From the NCBI GenBank assembly GCA_963782055.1, contig CAWAIF010000002.1:96001-160000 (forward strand): a stretch of 64,000 nucleotides of DNA, given 5' to 3'. The stretch's first letter is position 1; each line of letters starts with the position of its first letter. The stretch is from an uncultured delta proteobacterium. GTDB lineage: Bacteria > Myxococcota_A > Polyangia > Polyangiales > Polyangiaceae. Positions 8,406 through 18,962 of this stretch are shown here, piece after piece. Below the pieces are notes generated by a model. That model did no database searches, was not told where the DNA came from, and saw only the letters and a program-made list of their open reading frames with translations. A program made the translations under genes and the position numbers.

Positions 8406-11400
8406 TTCGCGCCCCCGACGAGGAGACGCTGGCCGAGTCCCTTGTCCACCTGCTCGCACCACGCGCGGAAGGCGGGGTACTCGGCGACCGGGATGCGCAT
8501 CTTGGAGAAGACGACGGTGGTGTGGACGTGCACGCCCCCGGGCACCGTCTCCACGGTGACATGGTGCGAGCCGAAGGGGCTGGTGGAGCTGGAGGGCGAG
8601 GGCGAGGAGAGCACCTTGGCGCCGGGCGGCAGCTTCACCACGTAGTCGGTCTCGCTGGTGGTCCTGGCGTGGAAGCGCAGGTCCAGCTTGCGCGTGGAGA
8701 GCGAGGCGAAGTCGCGCACCATGTGCTCGCTCGGTCCGACCGGGACGCTGAGCGACGTGCCGTCCTTGCGGGCGAAGGCGGCGACCTTGCCGCGCACCTT
8801 CAGCGAGGGCGGCGTCTCGACGTCCTCCAGATCGTTCGCCTGGACGGACTGGACGGCCAGCCCGGAGAGATCGGAGCCGAGATCCTCCTGCACGCGATCC
8901 TTGCGGGTCGCGTCGGCGTGGTAGCGGACGCGCCACGACGCGGCGGCGGCGCCGGTGACGGAGCCGCTCCAGTCCAGCTGCGCCGAGCCGTCGGGCGCCA
9001 GCGTGGCGACGATGGAGCGCGAGACCACGCTCGCGCTCGCCGGCGGCTGCGGGAGGTGCACCAGCTTGGGCTTGCCCTGGTTGACCTGCAGCGCGAGCGC
9101 GCCGCGGTCCATCGCGGGCAGCTCGGTGGAGCCGGTGTACTCGGCGGTGCCGTCCAGGTACATGTCCAGCGAGGGAACGTACGCGATGGCGTGGTCGAAG
9201 GGCGCGAGGCTCGCCGGGTAGTCCTCGAAGTCCCCGCGCAGCCCGGTGCGGACGATGACGATGGTGGCGGGGATGCCCGCCTCCTGCAGCATGGTGACGA
9301 TGAGCGTCGCCTTGTCTTTGCAGTCGCCGTAGCCCCGCGCGAAGATCTGCGCGCACCGGTACGGCTTGAAGCCGTGGATGCCGAACTCCAGCGCCACGTA
9401 GCGCGTCTTCTGGACGACGTAGTCGTAGATGGCTCGCACCTTCTCGATGTCCGTCTTCTTGCCCTTGGTCACCATCGCCACGCGGCGGCGGACCTCGTCG
9501 TCGGCGGTGAACTGGTCCTTGACCAGGCCCCAGTACCACGCGCCCATCTCGTCCCAGCTCTTGTACGTGGAGACGTGCACGTGGCCGAGCAGCTCGGTGT
9601 AAGGCGGCTGGTTCGGCTCCGGCTCGATGGGCGGCACGTTCTCCGCGACGAAGCGGTAGACGCGGGTGTCGCCCTTGTCCTGCACGGTCTTGTGGAGGCC
9701 GGGCACCTTCGGCTGGTTGAAGTAGAAGGTGCGCGTCTTGGGCGTGAGCAGCACGTACTCCGCGTGGTGCAGCGGCTCGTCCGACTGCAGGTACCCCACG
9801 TCTCCGAAGTAGTCGGCGAAGGCGTTGCGCTGCGCCACGTCCTCCACGCGGTAGTCCAGCTCCACCACGTCCCCCGCCGAGAGCCGCGGGAACTGGACGC
9901 GGTACGTCGCCGAGCTGGTGTACGTGGCGATGGACGGGTCGTCCGCGCCGCCGACGGAGGAGTCGAAGGTGTCGTCCACCTCGCCGCTCTTCCGGTAGAC
10001 GTGCACCCCGCGGAGCTGCACCGCCTGCGAGTCGGTCTCGTAGGCGAAGGCGTACACGCGGGACGACTGCGCAGCGCGGTCGGTGAGCGGCTGGAACACC
10101 ACCTGGTGGAACTTGCTCGACAGCCCGTTGGGGAAGACCGTCGTCACGGTGAGGTCGACGAGGGTGCGGCGATCCCGGCCGGCCGCCGGCGCGCCTCGCC
10201 ACGCGAGGAAGGTCTTGGAGGGCAGGGCATAGGCCTCGTCCGGACGCGGCTTGCTCGGCTCCAGGTGGGCGAGGTGCTCGCGCACGTCCTTGTCCTGCGG
10301 GCGCAGCGCCAGCACCTTCTTGAGCAGCGCCACCTGCTCGCCCTGCTCGCCGCCCAGCGCGTACAGATCGGCCAGGCCCGTCATGGTGTCGACATCCTCC
10401 GGGGCGTGCTGCAGCGCCAGCTTGTAGAGCGCGACGGCGCGCGCGCGGTTGCCGAGGGTCACGTAGGCCTGCGCCGCGCTGACCAGCTTGTCGGTCCCGT
10501 CGGGGTCGGTCGCCACCAGCCTGTCGATCCAGCGCTGGGCGGCCTGCGTGTCCCGCCGCGCGACCGCGAGATCGATGCGCCCCTGGAGGAAGGTGGAGTC
10601 GTCGAAGCGGAGCTGCGCGTAGCGGTCCTCCATCTCGTCCGCCTCGGTGGTGCGGTCCTCCTGGCGCAGGGAGTCCACCATCGCCCGCACGAGCGCCACG
10701 CTGCGAGGGCGCCGCGCGAGCGCGTGCCGCAGGAAGGTGAGGGCGGTGGCGCGCAGGTTGGCCTCGCCATAGAGCTCCACGCGGGCGAGCACCGCGGCGA
10801 CGTTGTCCGGGTCGATCGCCAGCACGCGGTCGTAGTACGGGACGGCGTCGCGCCAGTTGGTGCCGGAGCGCTCGTGCGCGGCCCGCGCAAGGAGGGTGTG
10901 GATGCGGTCCTCGCTGGACACGCCGCCCTTCTTCACCAGCGCCTCCGCCTTGGCGATCCACTCGGCGCTCTGGTTGCGGCCCTCGACGAGCTGCGCGGCG
11001 AGCAGCAGCCTGCGCACCGTGGGGGCCTTGGTGGCCGCGCGCGTGGCGAGGTCCCGGGCGAGGTGATCCGACTCGTCGTCCGACTGGGTGAGCACCAGGT
11101 ACTCCGCGTCCGCCTCCAGGGTGGCGGGCGAGCCGCCGTACGCTTCGGCGCCCGTCGCGTCCTTCTTCCCCGTCCCCGCGCCGCGCGCAGCCTTCTCCAG
11201 CGCGGCCAGGGGGCCGAGCACGCCTCCCGCGGGGAGCGGGGCCTTGCTCGCCCACGTCGCCTGCGCGTCGGCGAAGTGCGCCGCCTCCACGTCCGCCTCG
11301 ACGCTCGGGTCCGGCGAGCCGTCGGCGGCGCCCACGCGCAGCGCGAAGACGGGCGCGGACCCGCTGCCGCACACCTTGACCAGGATACGGTTGTATCCTG

Positions 11401-12148
11401 CATGCATCGTGACCGCGCGCCCCTCCCTGTCGGAGTCGAAGTCGCGGTACTTGCCGTCGTCGATGGCCAGCGTGCCATCGAACCACACGCGCACCGCGCC
11501 GGAGCTGCCGACCCAGAGCGTCGCGCGGCGGCTCCGCCCGGCGGCCAGCTTCGGATCGCGCACCAGGGTGGTCGCGTAGACGCACACGTTCTCGGTCGGG
11601 CGCACGAGCGCGCCGGTGTCGACCCAGCCGTAGGGCGAGCGGCCCGGCGAGACGCGCCACTTCACCTTCCGCTCCTTGCCCTCGTACGTCTTCGTGAAGA
11701 TCGCGCCGTCGGCGGCGGTCTCCGGCTGGAAGGCGCGGGTGAGCCCCGTCTTGCCCTCGTTGTCGAAGGACCCGACGATCGCCCACTTGCCGACGTAGCC
11801 GAGCGCGGCGATGCGCGACCGGGCGCCGTCCAGGTCCCCGCGGCGGCGGCGGGCGTAGGCCTGCAGGAGCTCGGCGTAGACGCGCGTGGCCCCGCGGCGG
11901 GCGTGGGCGATGGCGTCCAGCGACGCCTCCACCTCAGCCGGGTCCCCCCGGTCCCACTGCAGCCAGACGCGCCGCATGGCCGCGTAGGACTGGGCGTCGG
12001 GGGCCCGCTCCGCCTCGGCCGTGAGGCGAGCCAGGCGGGGGAGGTGATCGCCCACGTCGGCCCGGGCGGGGCTGACGCCGGCGGCGGTAGCGACGAGGAC
12101 GACGGCCGCGATCAGACCGAGAGGTGCGCGCACGGCACGCAGTCTCAT
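8402..12148 (-). CDS. TPR + DUF3857 + transglutaminase-like domain protein
   Basis: Signal peptide, TPRs, FPRLSAGDVVELDY, and Cys-His-Asp triad motifs GDCKDKA / FDHAIAYV / YLDGT. Confidence 0.85.
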   Translation of the reverse strand: MRLRAVRAPLGLIAAVVLVATAAGVSPARADVGDHLPRLARLTAEAERAPDAQSYAAMRRVWLQWDRGDPAEVEASLDAIAHARRGATRVYAELLQAYARRRRGDLDGARSRIAALGYVGKWAIVGSFDNEGKTGLTRAFQPETAADGAIFTKTYEGKERKVKWRVSPGRSPYGWVDTGALVRPTENVCVYATTLVRDPKLAAGRSRRATLWVGSSGAVRVWFDGTLAIDDGKYRDFDSDREGRAVTMHAGYNRILVKVCGSGSAPVFALRVGAADGSPDPSVEADVEAAHFADAQATWASKAPLPAGGVLGPLAALEKAARGAGTGKKDATGAEAYGGSPATLEADAEYLVLTQSDDESDHLARDLATRAATKAPTVRRLLLAAQLVEGRNQSAEWIAKAEALVKKGGVSSEDRIHTLLARAAHERSGTNWRDAVPYYDRVLAIDPDNVAAVLARVELYGEANLRATALTFLRHALARRPRSVALVRAMVDSLRQEDRTTEADEMEDRYAQLRFDDSTFLQGRIDLAVARRDTQAAQRWIDRLVATDPDGTDKLVSAAQAYVTLGNRARAVALYKLALQHAPEDVDTMTGLADLYALGGEQGEQVALLKKVLALRPQDKDVREHLAHLEPSKPRPDEAYALPSKTFLAWRGAPAAGRDRRTLVDLTVTTVFPNGLSSKFHQVVFQPLTDRAAQSSRVYAFAYETDSQAVQLRGVHVYRKSGEVDDTFDSSVGGADDPSIATYTSSATYRVQFPRLSAGDVVELDYRVEDVAQRNAFADYFGDVGYLQSDEPLHHAEYVLLTPKTRTFYFNQPKVPGLHKTVQDKGDTRVYRFVAENVPPIEPEPNQPPYTELLGHVHVSTYKSWDEMGAWYWGLVKDQFTADDEVRRRVAMVTKGKKTDIEKVRAIYDYVVQKTRYVALEFGIHGFKPYRCAQIFARGYGDCKDKATLIVTMLQEAGIPATIVIVRTGLRGDFEDYPASLAPFDHAIAYVPSLDMYLDGTAEYTGSTELPAMDRGALALQVNQGKPKLVHLPQPPASASVVSRSIVATLAPDGSAQLDWSGSVTGAAAASWRVRYHADATRKDRVQEDLGSDLSGLAVQSVQANDLEDVETPPSLKVRGKVAAFARKDGTSLSVPVGPSEHMVRDFASLSTRKLDLRFHARTTSETDYVVKLPPGAKVLSSPSPSSSTSPFGSHHVTVETVPGGVHVHTTVVFSKMRIPVAEYPAFRAWCEQVDKGLGQRLLVGGAK

Positions 12149-12287
12149 CCCGCGGTGTCGGTCAGGCAAGCCCAGACGCGGCCGGGGCGCAGCTCTGGCG
12201 GAGAGCCCTCTTCCCCCGGACCAAGAGGACGAAGTAGGCTCCTTTTTGTGGCATTTCGCCTGGCGCGCGGTATGACGACGCGGTGCG

Positions 12288-13307
<1,020 letters not shown>

Positions 13308-13311
13308 GGCC

Positions 13312-14094
13312 TCAGAGCACCAGGACCCAGACGTCGTAGAGGGCGTGGGCCCACACGGCGGCCGCGAAGCCGCGGAATGCGTAGATGAGGCTCAGGAAGA
13401 CGCCGAGCACCATCCGGAAGATGAAGGTCTGGAGCTGGAAGGGATCCCCCAGCGGGCCGATGTAGTGGACGGCGCTGAAGACGGCGGCGGAGACGAGTCC
13501 CCAGGCGACGGTGATCATCGCCGACTTGAAGGTGAAGCCGGAGCCCTTGGCCACGCTGACCTTCTGCCGCGTGAGCAGCCACACCAGGAGCTTGCTGCCC
13601 AGGCCGAAGAGCAGGACCCGGTAGGTCACCTCCTCGTAGAAGCCGGCGCCCATCGACATGATGAAGCCCGGGAAGCCGCCGAGGGTGATCTTGCCCGCGA
13701 AGAGGGAGCCCACGACGTACGCCCCGCCCAGCCGCATGAGCAGCGCGTAGACCACCCCCTCCAGCGCGATCTGCAGGAACTTGCGCGCGCGGAAGGCCTG
13801 CCCGCGTCCGAGCCAGGTGAAGATGCCGGCCAGGACCACGCCGATCGCCGCGGTGAAGATCAGGTAGAGCGCGCGGCTGCCCTCGGCGAGCTGCAGCACC
13901 AGCCCCGTCACCACGTCGGAGGCGTTCTGCACGTTCAAGAAGACGACGCCGAGCTGGTAGGCGAGAAAGACGGGGAGCGTCAGTCCCAGGTCCACCCACG
14001 GCCCCGGCCGCGCCGTCAGCTTGCTCCCGGCGGGAGGGCTGGCCTTCGGCGCGCGGCCTGCGGCGGGCGAGAGCGCGGGCGCGTCGTCGGTCAT
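13312..14094 (-). CDS. CPBP (Abi/CAAX) family intramembrane metalloprotease
   Basis: EEVTYR, FSAVH and HALYD motifs in a multi-TM protein. Confidence 0.85.
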   Translation of the reverse strand: MTDDAPALSPAAGRAPKASPPAGSKLTARPGPWVDLGLTLPVFLAYQLGVVFLNVQNASDVVTGLVLQLAEGSRALYLIFTAAIGVVLAGIFTWLGRGQAFRARKFLQIALEGVVYALLMRLGGAYVVGSLFAGKITLGGFPGFIMSMGAGFYEEVTYRVLLFGLGSKLLVWLLTRQKVSVAKGSGFTFKSAMITVAWGLVSAAVFSAVHYIGPLGDPFQLQTFIFRMVLGVFLSLIYAFRGFAAAVWAHALYDVWVLVL

Positions 14095-14125
14095 GCCCGA
14101 AGCATGGCCCTTCCGGCGGTGCGTC

Positions 14126-14542
14126 TCAAACTTCCTGATCGTCCTCGCCGGCGATCTCGTCGAAGCGGGCCTGCCACGAGCGCAGAGACGGCGAGCTCTC
14201 CGCCTCCAGGTCCAGCACTTCGTCGCTCTCGCAGTCCACCGCGCTCGCCCCGAGGGCGGTCGCGGAGGTGCGCAGCACGCCGTACGCCGCGTCGGAGCCC
14301 AGGATGTGGACCAGCACGTGGTCGAGCACCTCGGCGGGCCCCAGCTCCAGCTCCACCACGAAGTCGTCCTCCCTGACCACGGCCAGGAAGGTGCCGAGCG
14401 GCTCCAGCGCGGGCAGCGCGTCGGACAGCGCCCGCGCCACCTGCTCTCGCGGCCCGAGCGGATGGGGCGCAAAGTCCGCGGGGAGCTCGCGCAAGGACGC
14501 CGTCCCCTCGGGCAGGCGGAGCAAGAGCACGTCCCACGTCAT
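14126..14542 (-). CDS. Hypothetical protein
   Basis: Globular-looking 138 aa ORF with normal composition that fills the gap between genes. Confidence 0.65.
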   Translation of the reverse strand: MTWDVLLLRLPEGTASLRELPADFAPHPLGPREQVARALSDALPALEPLGTFLAVVREDDFVVELELGPAEVLDHVLVHILGSDAAYGVLRTSATALGASAVDCESDEVLDLEAESSPSLRSWQARFDEIAGEDDQEV

Positions 14543-14627
14543 CGCGGCCTGATACGCCGCGCGGTGGACGACCTTCCCTTAACCCGGGCGGCCAGCGCGC
14601 CGTTTCTAGGGGGGTGAGGAGCTGCCC

Positions 14628-14927
14628 ATGACCGCACCCGAGCCCATGCTCATCGAGCTGCTTACCGTGACCCGCGAGCTCGTGGAGCTCGGCGACGATG
14701 GGCTCGCCGACCCCCCGTCCCAGCGCTGCGCCGTGCTGCGCCTGCGCCAGAAGGCACTCTTCGAGCTGCTCTACGTGACCATCGAGCGCTCCCGGCAGAC
14801 CGACGCCGCCGATCTCGTCGAGCAGCGCGAGGAGGAGCGGCGGAGCCGCCCCACGGTCAGGCCGGCGAGCCGGAGCTCGCGGCGGCCTGTGAGCCAGGTC
14901 CGGTGCGTGGACCGCCGCTCGTCATAG
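14628..14927 (+). CDS. Hypothetical protein
   Basis: Shine-Dalgarno GAGGAG upstream of ATG; 99 aa. Confidence 0.55.
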   Translation: MTAPEPMLIELLTVTRELVELGDDGLADPPSQRCAVLRLRQKALFELLYVTIERSRQTDAADLVEQREEERRSRPTVRPASRSSRRPVSQVRCVDRRSS

Positions 14928-16652
14928 GAGGCGCAGCGCCTCCACGCAGAAGGCGAGCACACGCTCGCCGGCGCCCAGGTGCGCCATCGTCGCGTGGAGG
15001 GTGGCCTCCGGACGCAGCGCGTCGGCCCAGCGCCTGTCCAGGCCCAGAAGGGCGATCGCCGCGTCCAGCCAGCTCCCCGGCGCGGGGGTGCGCGGCACGG
15101 GCAGCGGCAGGACGCGCGTCAACGGCGGCCGCACCGTCGCCGGCTCCAGCCGCGCCCCGGCGGGGCCGACCCGCGCGCGCACGGCGGCGAGCGCCGTCCG
15201 GAACCCGCCCAGCTCGTCCACCAGGCCGTGCGCCAGCGCCGCCCGTCCCGTCCAGACGCGCCCGCGGGCGACGCGGTCGATCTCCTCCGCGGACCGCTTG
15301 CGCCCCTGCGCCACCACGCCCACGAAGGCGTCGTAGACGCCGCGCATCTCGCCGAGCAGCGCCTCGCGGTCGCTCTCGGTGATCTTGCGCAGCGGGTCGA
15401 GCAGGCTCGCGCGCGCCCCCCGCGAGAGCGTCTCGGTGGTCACGCCCAGCCGGTCGAGCAGCGCGTCGGCCGACAGCCGCGCGGAGACCACGCCGATGGA
15501 CCCGGTGATGGTGGTGGGCTGCGCGACGACGTGGTGCGCCGCCGCCGCCACGTAGTACCCGCCGCTCGCCGCCACGTTGGTGAAGCAGGCCACGACCGGC
15601 TTCTCGCGGGCGAGCTGCGCGACCTCGTGGTGGATGCGGTCGGAGGCGAGGGCGCCGCCGCCGGGGGAGTCGACGTGGAGCACCACGCCGCGCACGCGCT
15701 TGCTCGCCCGCGCCACGCGCAGGGCCGCCATCACCCGCTCGTCCATGGCCAGGGGACCCACGCCCCCCGCGATGACGCCGTGCACTCCGACCACGCCGAT
15801 CACCGGCGGCCGGACCAGCCGAGGGAGCAGCCGGCTCCGCTTCCCGCGGAGGTAGCGCGTCGCGTGCATGATGGGCGCCGCGCCCTTCTGGTCCGTGAGC
15901 CACGCCGGCAGCTCGTCGTCGTAGAGGGCGGCGTCCACCAGCCCGAGCTCCACCGCGCGCGACGCCCGGTGCGGCGAGTCGTCAATGACCGCGCGCGCCT
16001 GCTCCTCGGTCATGCCGCGGCCGTGCACCAGCGCATCCAGCAGCGCGCCGTGCATCTCGTCCAGGATGGCGCCCACCTGCTCGCGCTGGGCGTCGCTCAT
16101 CCCGTCGCGCACGAGCGCCTCCCCCGCGCTCTTGTACTCCCCGCACGCGAGCACCGCCGGCTCCACGCCCACCTTCGCCAGCGCGCGCTTCACGTACCGC
16201 GCCGCGCTGGCGAAGCCCACCGGCGCCAGCGCCGCCTGCGGCCCCATCACCACGCGGGTCGCCGCCGACGCCACGTACACCTCCTTCGACCCGCCGCCTT
16301 GCGGCAGGTGGACCACCACCTCCTTGCCCAGCTCACGCGCGCGCGCGAGCACGTTGCGCAGGGAGGTGGCGGTCGCCATCCCGGCGTGGAGCGGCTGGAG
16401 CATCACCAGGAGCCCGCGGACGCGCGGGTCGCCGTCCATGGCGTCCACCAGCGTCTCCAGCGCGTGCAGCGAGGTGACGCCCCGCCCGGCCCACCGCGCG
16501 AGGAAGCGCGAGGGCGGGAGATCTGCCACCGCTCCGTCGATCTCCACCAGCAGCCACGCGCCGCGCGTCACGCGGCCGCGCAAGACCCAGAAGGGCAGCC
16601 AGACCGGCAGCGTCACCAGGCGCACGACGAACCAGAGCAGGCGAGGGATCAT
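14922..16652 (-). CDS. sppA: Signal peptide peptidase SppA (S49, two-domain)
   Basis: GEYKSAGE, VDSPGG, VAASGGYY, TITGSIGV, GRVWTG and GLVDELGG motifs. Confidence 0.92.
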   Translation of the reverse strand: MIPRLLWFVVRLVTLPVWLPFWVLRGRVTRGAWLLVEIDGAVADLPPSRFLARWAGRGVTSLHALETLVDAMDGDPRVRGLLVMLQPLHAGMATATSLRNVLARARELGKEVVVHLPQGGGSKEVYVASAATRVVMGPQAALAPVGFASAARYVKRALAKVGVEPAVLACGEYKSAGEALVRDGMSDAQREQVGAILDEMHGALLDALVHGRGMTEEQARAVIDDSPHRASRAVELGLVDAALYDDELPAWLTDQKGAAPIMHATRYLRGKRSRLLPRLVRPPVIGVVGVHGVIAGGVGPLAMDERVMAALRVARASKRVRGVVLHVDSPGGGALASDRIHHEVAQLAREKPVVACFTNVAASGGYYVAAAAHHVVAQPTTITGSIGVVSARLSADALLDRLGVTTETLSRGARASLLDPLRKITESDREALLGEMRGVYDAFVGVVAQGRKRSAEEIDRVARGRVWTGRAALAHGLVDELGGFRTALAAVRARVGPAGARLEPATVRPPLTRVLPLPVPRTPAPGSWLDAAIALLGLDRRWADALRPEATLHATMAHLGAGERVLAFCVEALRLL

Positions 16653-16697
16653 GGGGCGAAGGGTAGGTCGCCGCGCCCGCCCCGGCCACGAAAGCGA

Positions 16698-17204
16698 TCA
16701 CTCCTCCGCCTGCCGGAGGGTGCGCGTGAGCAGCACCCGGAAATGGCCCGCGCGGGGCTCCCAGCGATGACCCGCGGGGACGTCGGTCTCGAAGAGGACG
16801 AGCTTCATCTCCGCCGCGTACCGGGTGCCCGCCTGCGGGATGCCGTCCTGGCGTGTGTTCCACACCGACTGACCCACGTCGAAGGACGTCCCGGAGGTGT
16901 AGCCGCGGCGCGGCGCCCCCGCCGTGCCGTGTCCGTCGCGCGGGAACACCCGGGTCTCCGACTCCACCCCCAGCACCATGCCCGGGTCCGCGCGCACCGT
17001 CGTGTCGGCGCCCGCCGCCGGGTCGATCTCGACCGAGAGCGTGTCCAGCCCGCGGGCGAGGCGGAGCGCGCCCGGGACGCGCACGGCGATCGCCCCCGAC
17101 GCCGTCGCGTCCCCCGCGGGTGAGCCCGCCGTCTCCCGGCACGCCGCCAGCGAGGCGGCGCACGCCACGAGAATGAAGATCCGTCTCCCGGGTGCCCGAG
17201 CCAT
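16698..17204 (-). CDS. Hypothetical lipoprotein
   Basis: Lipobox LAAC after a basic/hydrophobic N-terminus. Confidence 0.55.
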   Translation of the reverse strand: MARAPGRRIFILVACAASLAACRETAGSPAGDATASGAIAVRVPGALRLARGLDTLSVEIDPAAGADTTVRADPGMVLGVESETRVFPRDGHGTAGAPRRGYTSGTSFDVGQSVWNTRQDGIPQAGTRYAAEMKLVLFETDVPAGHRWEPRAGHFRVLLTRTLRQAEE

Positions 17205-17287
17205 GAGACAGGCTAGCGCGATCGGAGGCTGGAAGACCCGGCGCGGGTGCTAGCCTGGTCGCCTCACCGAGCGAGGCCAGTGATCCT

Positions 17288-18766
17288 GTGACCCAAGCCA
17301 CCGAATCCGTGCCGGCCGGAGGCCCCGGCGGCAGCGAGAACGCCCCCGCCACGTCGCTGCGAGCCTACATGCTCATCGTCGCCGTCGGCGCCTTCGCGAC
17401 GACGTTCGCGCAGCAGCGCGTGACGCTCGGCAACTACCCCATCCTCTTCCACCTGAAGAACAACCTGCACTTCAGCCGGCAGCAGGTGAGCACGTTCTTT
17501 CTCTGGGCGACCTTCGCGTGGAACGTCAAGCCGCTCGCCGGCGTCCTCACCGACGCCTTCCCCATCCGCGGCTCGCGGCGGCGCGTGTACATGATCCTCG
17601 GCGGCCTCGTCGGCGGCGTCGCGTGGGCCGTGCTGAACTTCGTCCGCTTCGACTACTCGCTCTTCCTCGCCACCTCGGTCCTGCTCAACGTCGGCCTGGT
17701 CTTCGGCAGCACCGCGATGGGCGGCCTCCAGGTCGAGGCCGGCCAGGTCTACGGCGTGTCCGGGCGCGTGTCGTCGCTGCGGCAGGTGGTCATGTCGGCG
17801 TCGGGGATCGCGGGGCCGCTCATCGGCGGCTTCCTCGCCGAGCGCTGGTTCGGGTACACGGCGGGCGTCGGCGCCTTCGTGATGCTCATGCTCGCGGTCT
17901 TCGCCTTCGCCTTCTTCCACGAGCCGCGTCTGCCCCCCCCGCCGAAGGTGAGCGACGAGGACCTGACGCGCCCGCGCTACAGGCCAACGCCGGCGATCCT
18001 CGTGGCGATCGTCGTGATCGCCAGCGCGGGGACGGTGGGCGTCATGGTCCACGGGATGCTCAACATCGGGCTGTCGCTCTTCGCGCTGCTCGCCGTGTTC
18101 CTCCTCGTCCTCGGCCTCGCGATGGCGCGCGTGCGCAACGCCGTGCTCTTCAAGGCGCAGGGGCAGCTCTCGCAGATCTTGAGCTCCAGGACGCTCTGGC
18201 TCGCAGTCGGCATGTTGCTCCTCGTGTACATGGTGCCCGGCCTGTACACCGCGCTCACCTTCCGGCAGAGCGACAAGCTGCACTTCTCCGACCACTTCAT
18301 CGGCACCCTCGCGAGCATCGAGGGGGGCTCGGGTGTCCTCTGCGCCATCCTCTACGCGGTCATCTGCCGCAGGTTCACCCTGCGCACGCTGCTCATCGGC
18401 GCGATCGGCCTCAACGCCGTGGCCACGCTGCTCTACCTCGTCTACAACGCGCACACCGCGATGTACGTCCACGCGACGGTCGGCGGCATCGGCGTGATGG
18501 CGGAGCTCTCCCTGATGGACCTCTCGGTGCGCTCCACCCCGCGCGGGTGCGAGGCGCTCGGCTTCGCCCTGATGATGAGCGTCCGCAACTTCGGCATCGG
18601 CGTGAGCGACGTCGTGGGCTCCAAGCTGATGGACCAGCTCCACTTCCGGTTCAGCACGCTGGTGCTCATCAACGCCGGCACCACCTTGCTGGTGCTCGCC
18701 TTCGTCCCGCTGTTGCAGAAGTCCCTCGTCAATCGCAAGGAAGGCGAGATCGGCGACGCGGCGTGA
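17288..18766 (+). CDS. MFS transporter, folate-biopterin (BT1)-like
   Basis: WNVKPLAGVLTDAFPIRGSRRR and TPRGCEALGFALMMS resemble FBT motifs; at least 12 TM segments. Confidence 0.8.
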   Translation: MTQATESVPAGGPGGSENAPATSLRAYMLIVAVGAFATTFAQQRVTLGNYPILFHLKNNLHFSRQQVSTFFLWATFAWNVKPLAGVLTDAFPIRGSRRRVYMILGGLVGGVAWAVLNFVRFDYSLFLATSVLLNVGLVFGSTAMGGLQVEAGQVYGVSGRVSSLRQVVMSASGIAGPLIGGFLAERWFGYTAGVGAFVMLMLAVFAFAFFHEPRLPPPPKVSDEDLTRPRYRPTPAILVAIVVIASAGTVGVMVHGMLNIGLSLFALLAVFLLVLGLAMARVRNAVLFKAQGQLSQILSSRTLWLAVGMLLLVYMVPGLYTALTFRQSDKLHFSDHFIGTLASIEGGSGVLCAILYAVICRRFTLRTLLIGAIGLNAVATLLYLVYNAHTAMYVHATVGGIGVMAELSLMDLSVRSTPRGCEALGFALMMSVRNFGIGVSDVVGSKLMDQLHFRFSTLVLINAGTTLLVLAFVPLLQKSLVNRKEGEIGDAA

Positions 18767-18962
18767 TCGCGCAGGACGACCTGCCCGACGTGGACCGCGA
18801 GAGCGGCACGGCGTTCGGCTTCCGGGGCGGGGACTCCTGGCCGTGCACCACGCCCGACGTGCAGACCGCCACGCGCTACGACCCCGCGACCGAGACGGCG
18901 ATCACGACCGCCACGACTCCGCGCCCATCGTCGGCGCCGGCGTCTCCACCTGCGCGCCGAAC

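Noticed and set aside
4641..11786. 2381-aa giant ORF in the track
   Set aside because: The part upstream of 8405 is Arg-rich off-frame shadow of the real 8402-12148 gene; the true protein starts at GTG 8405.
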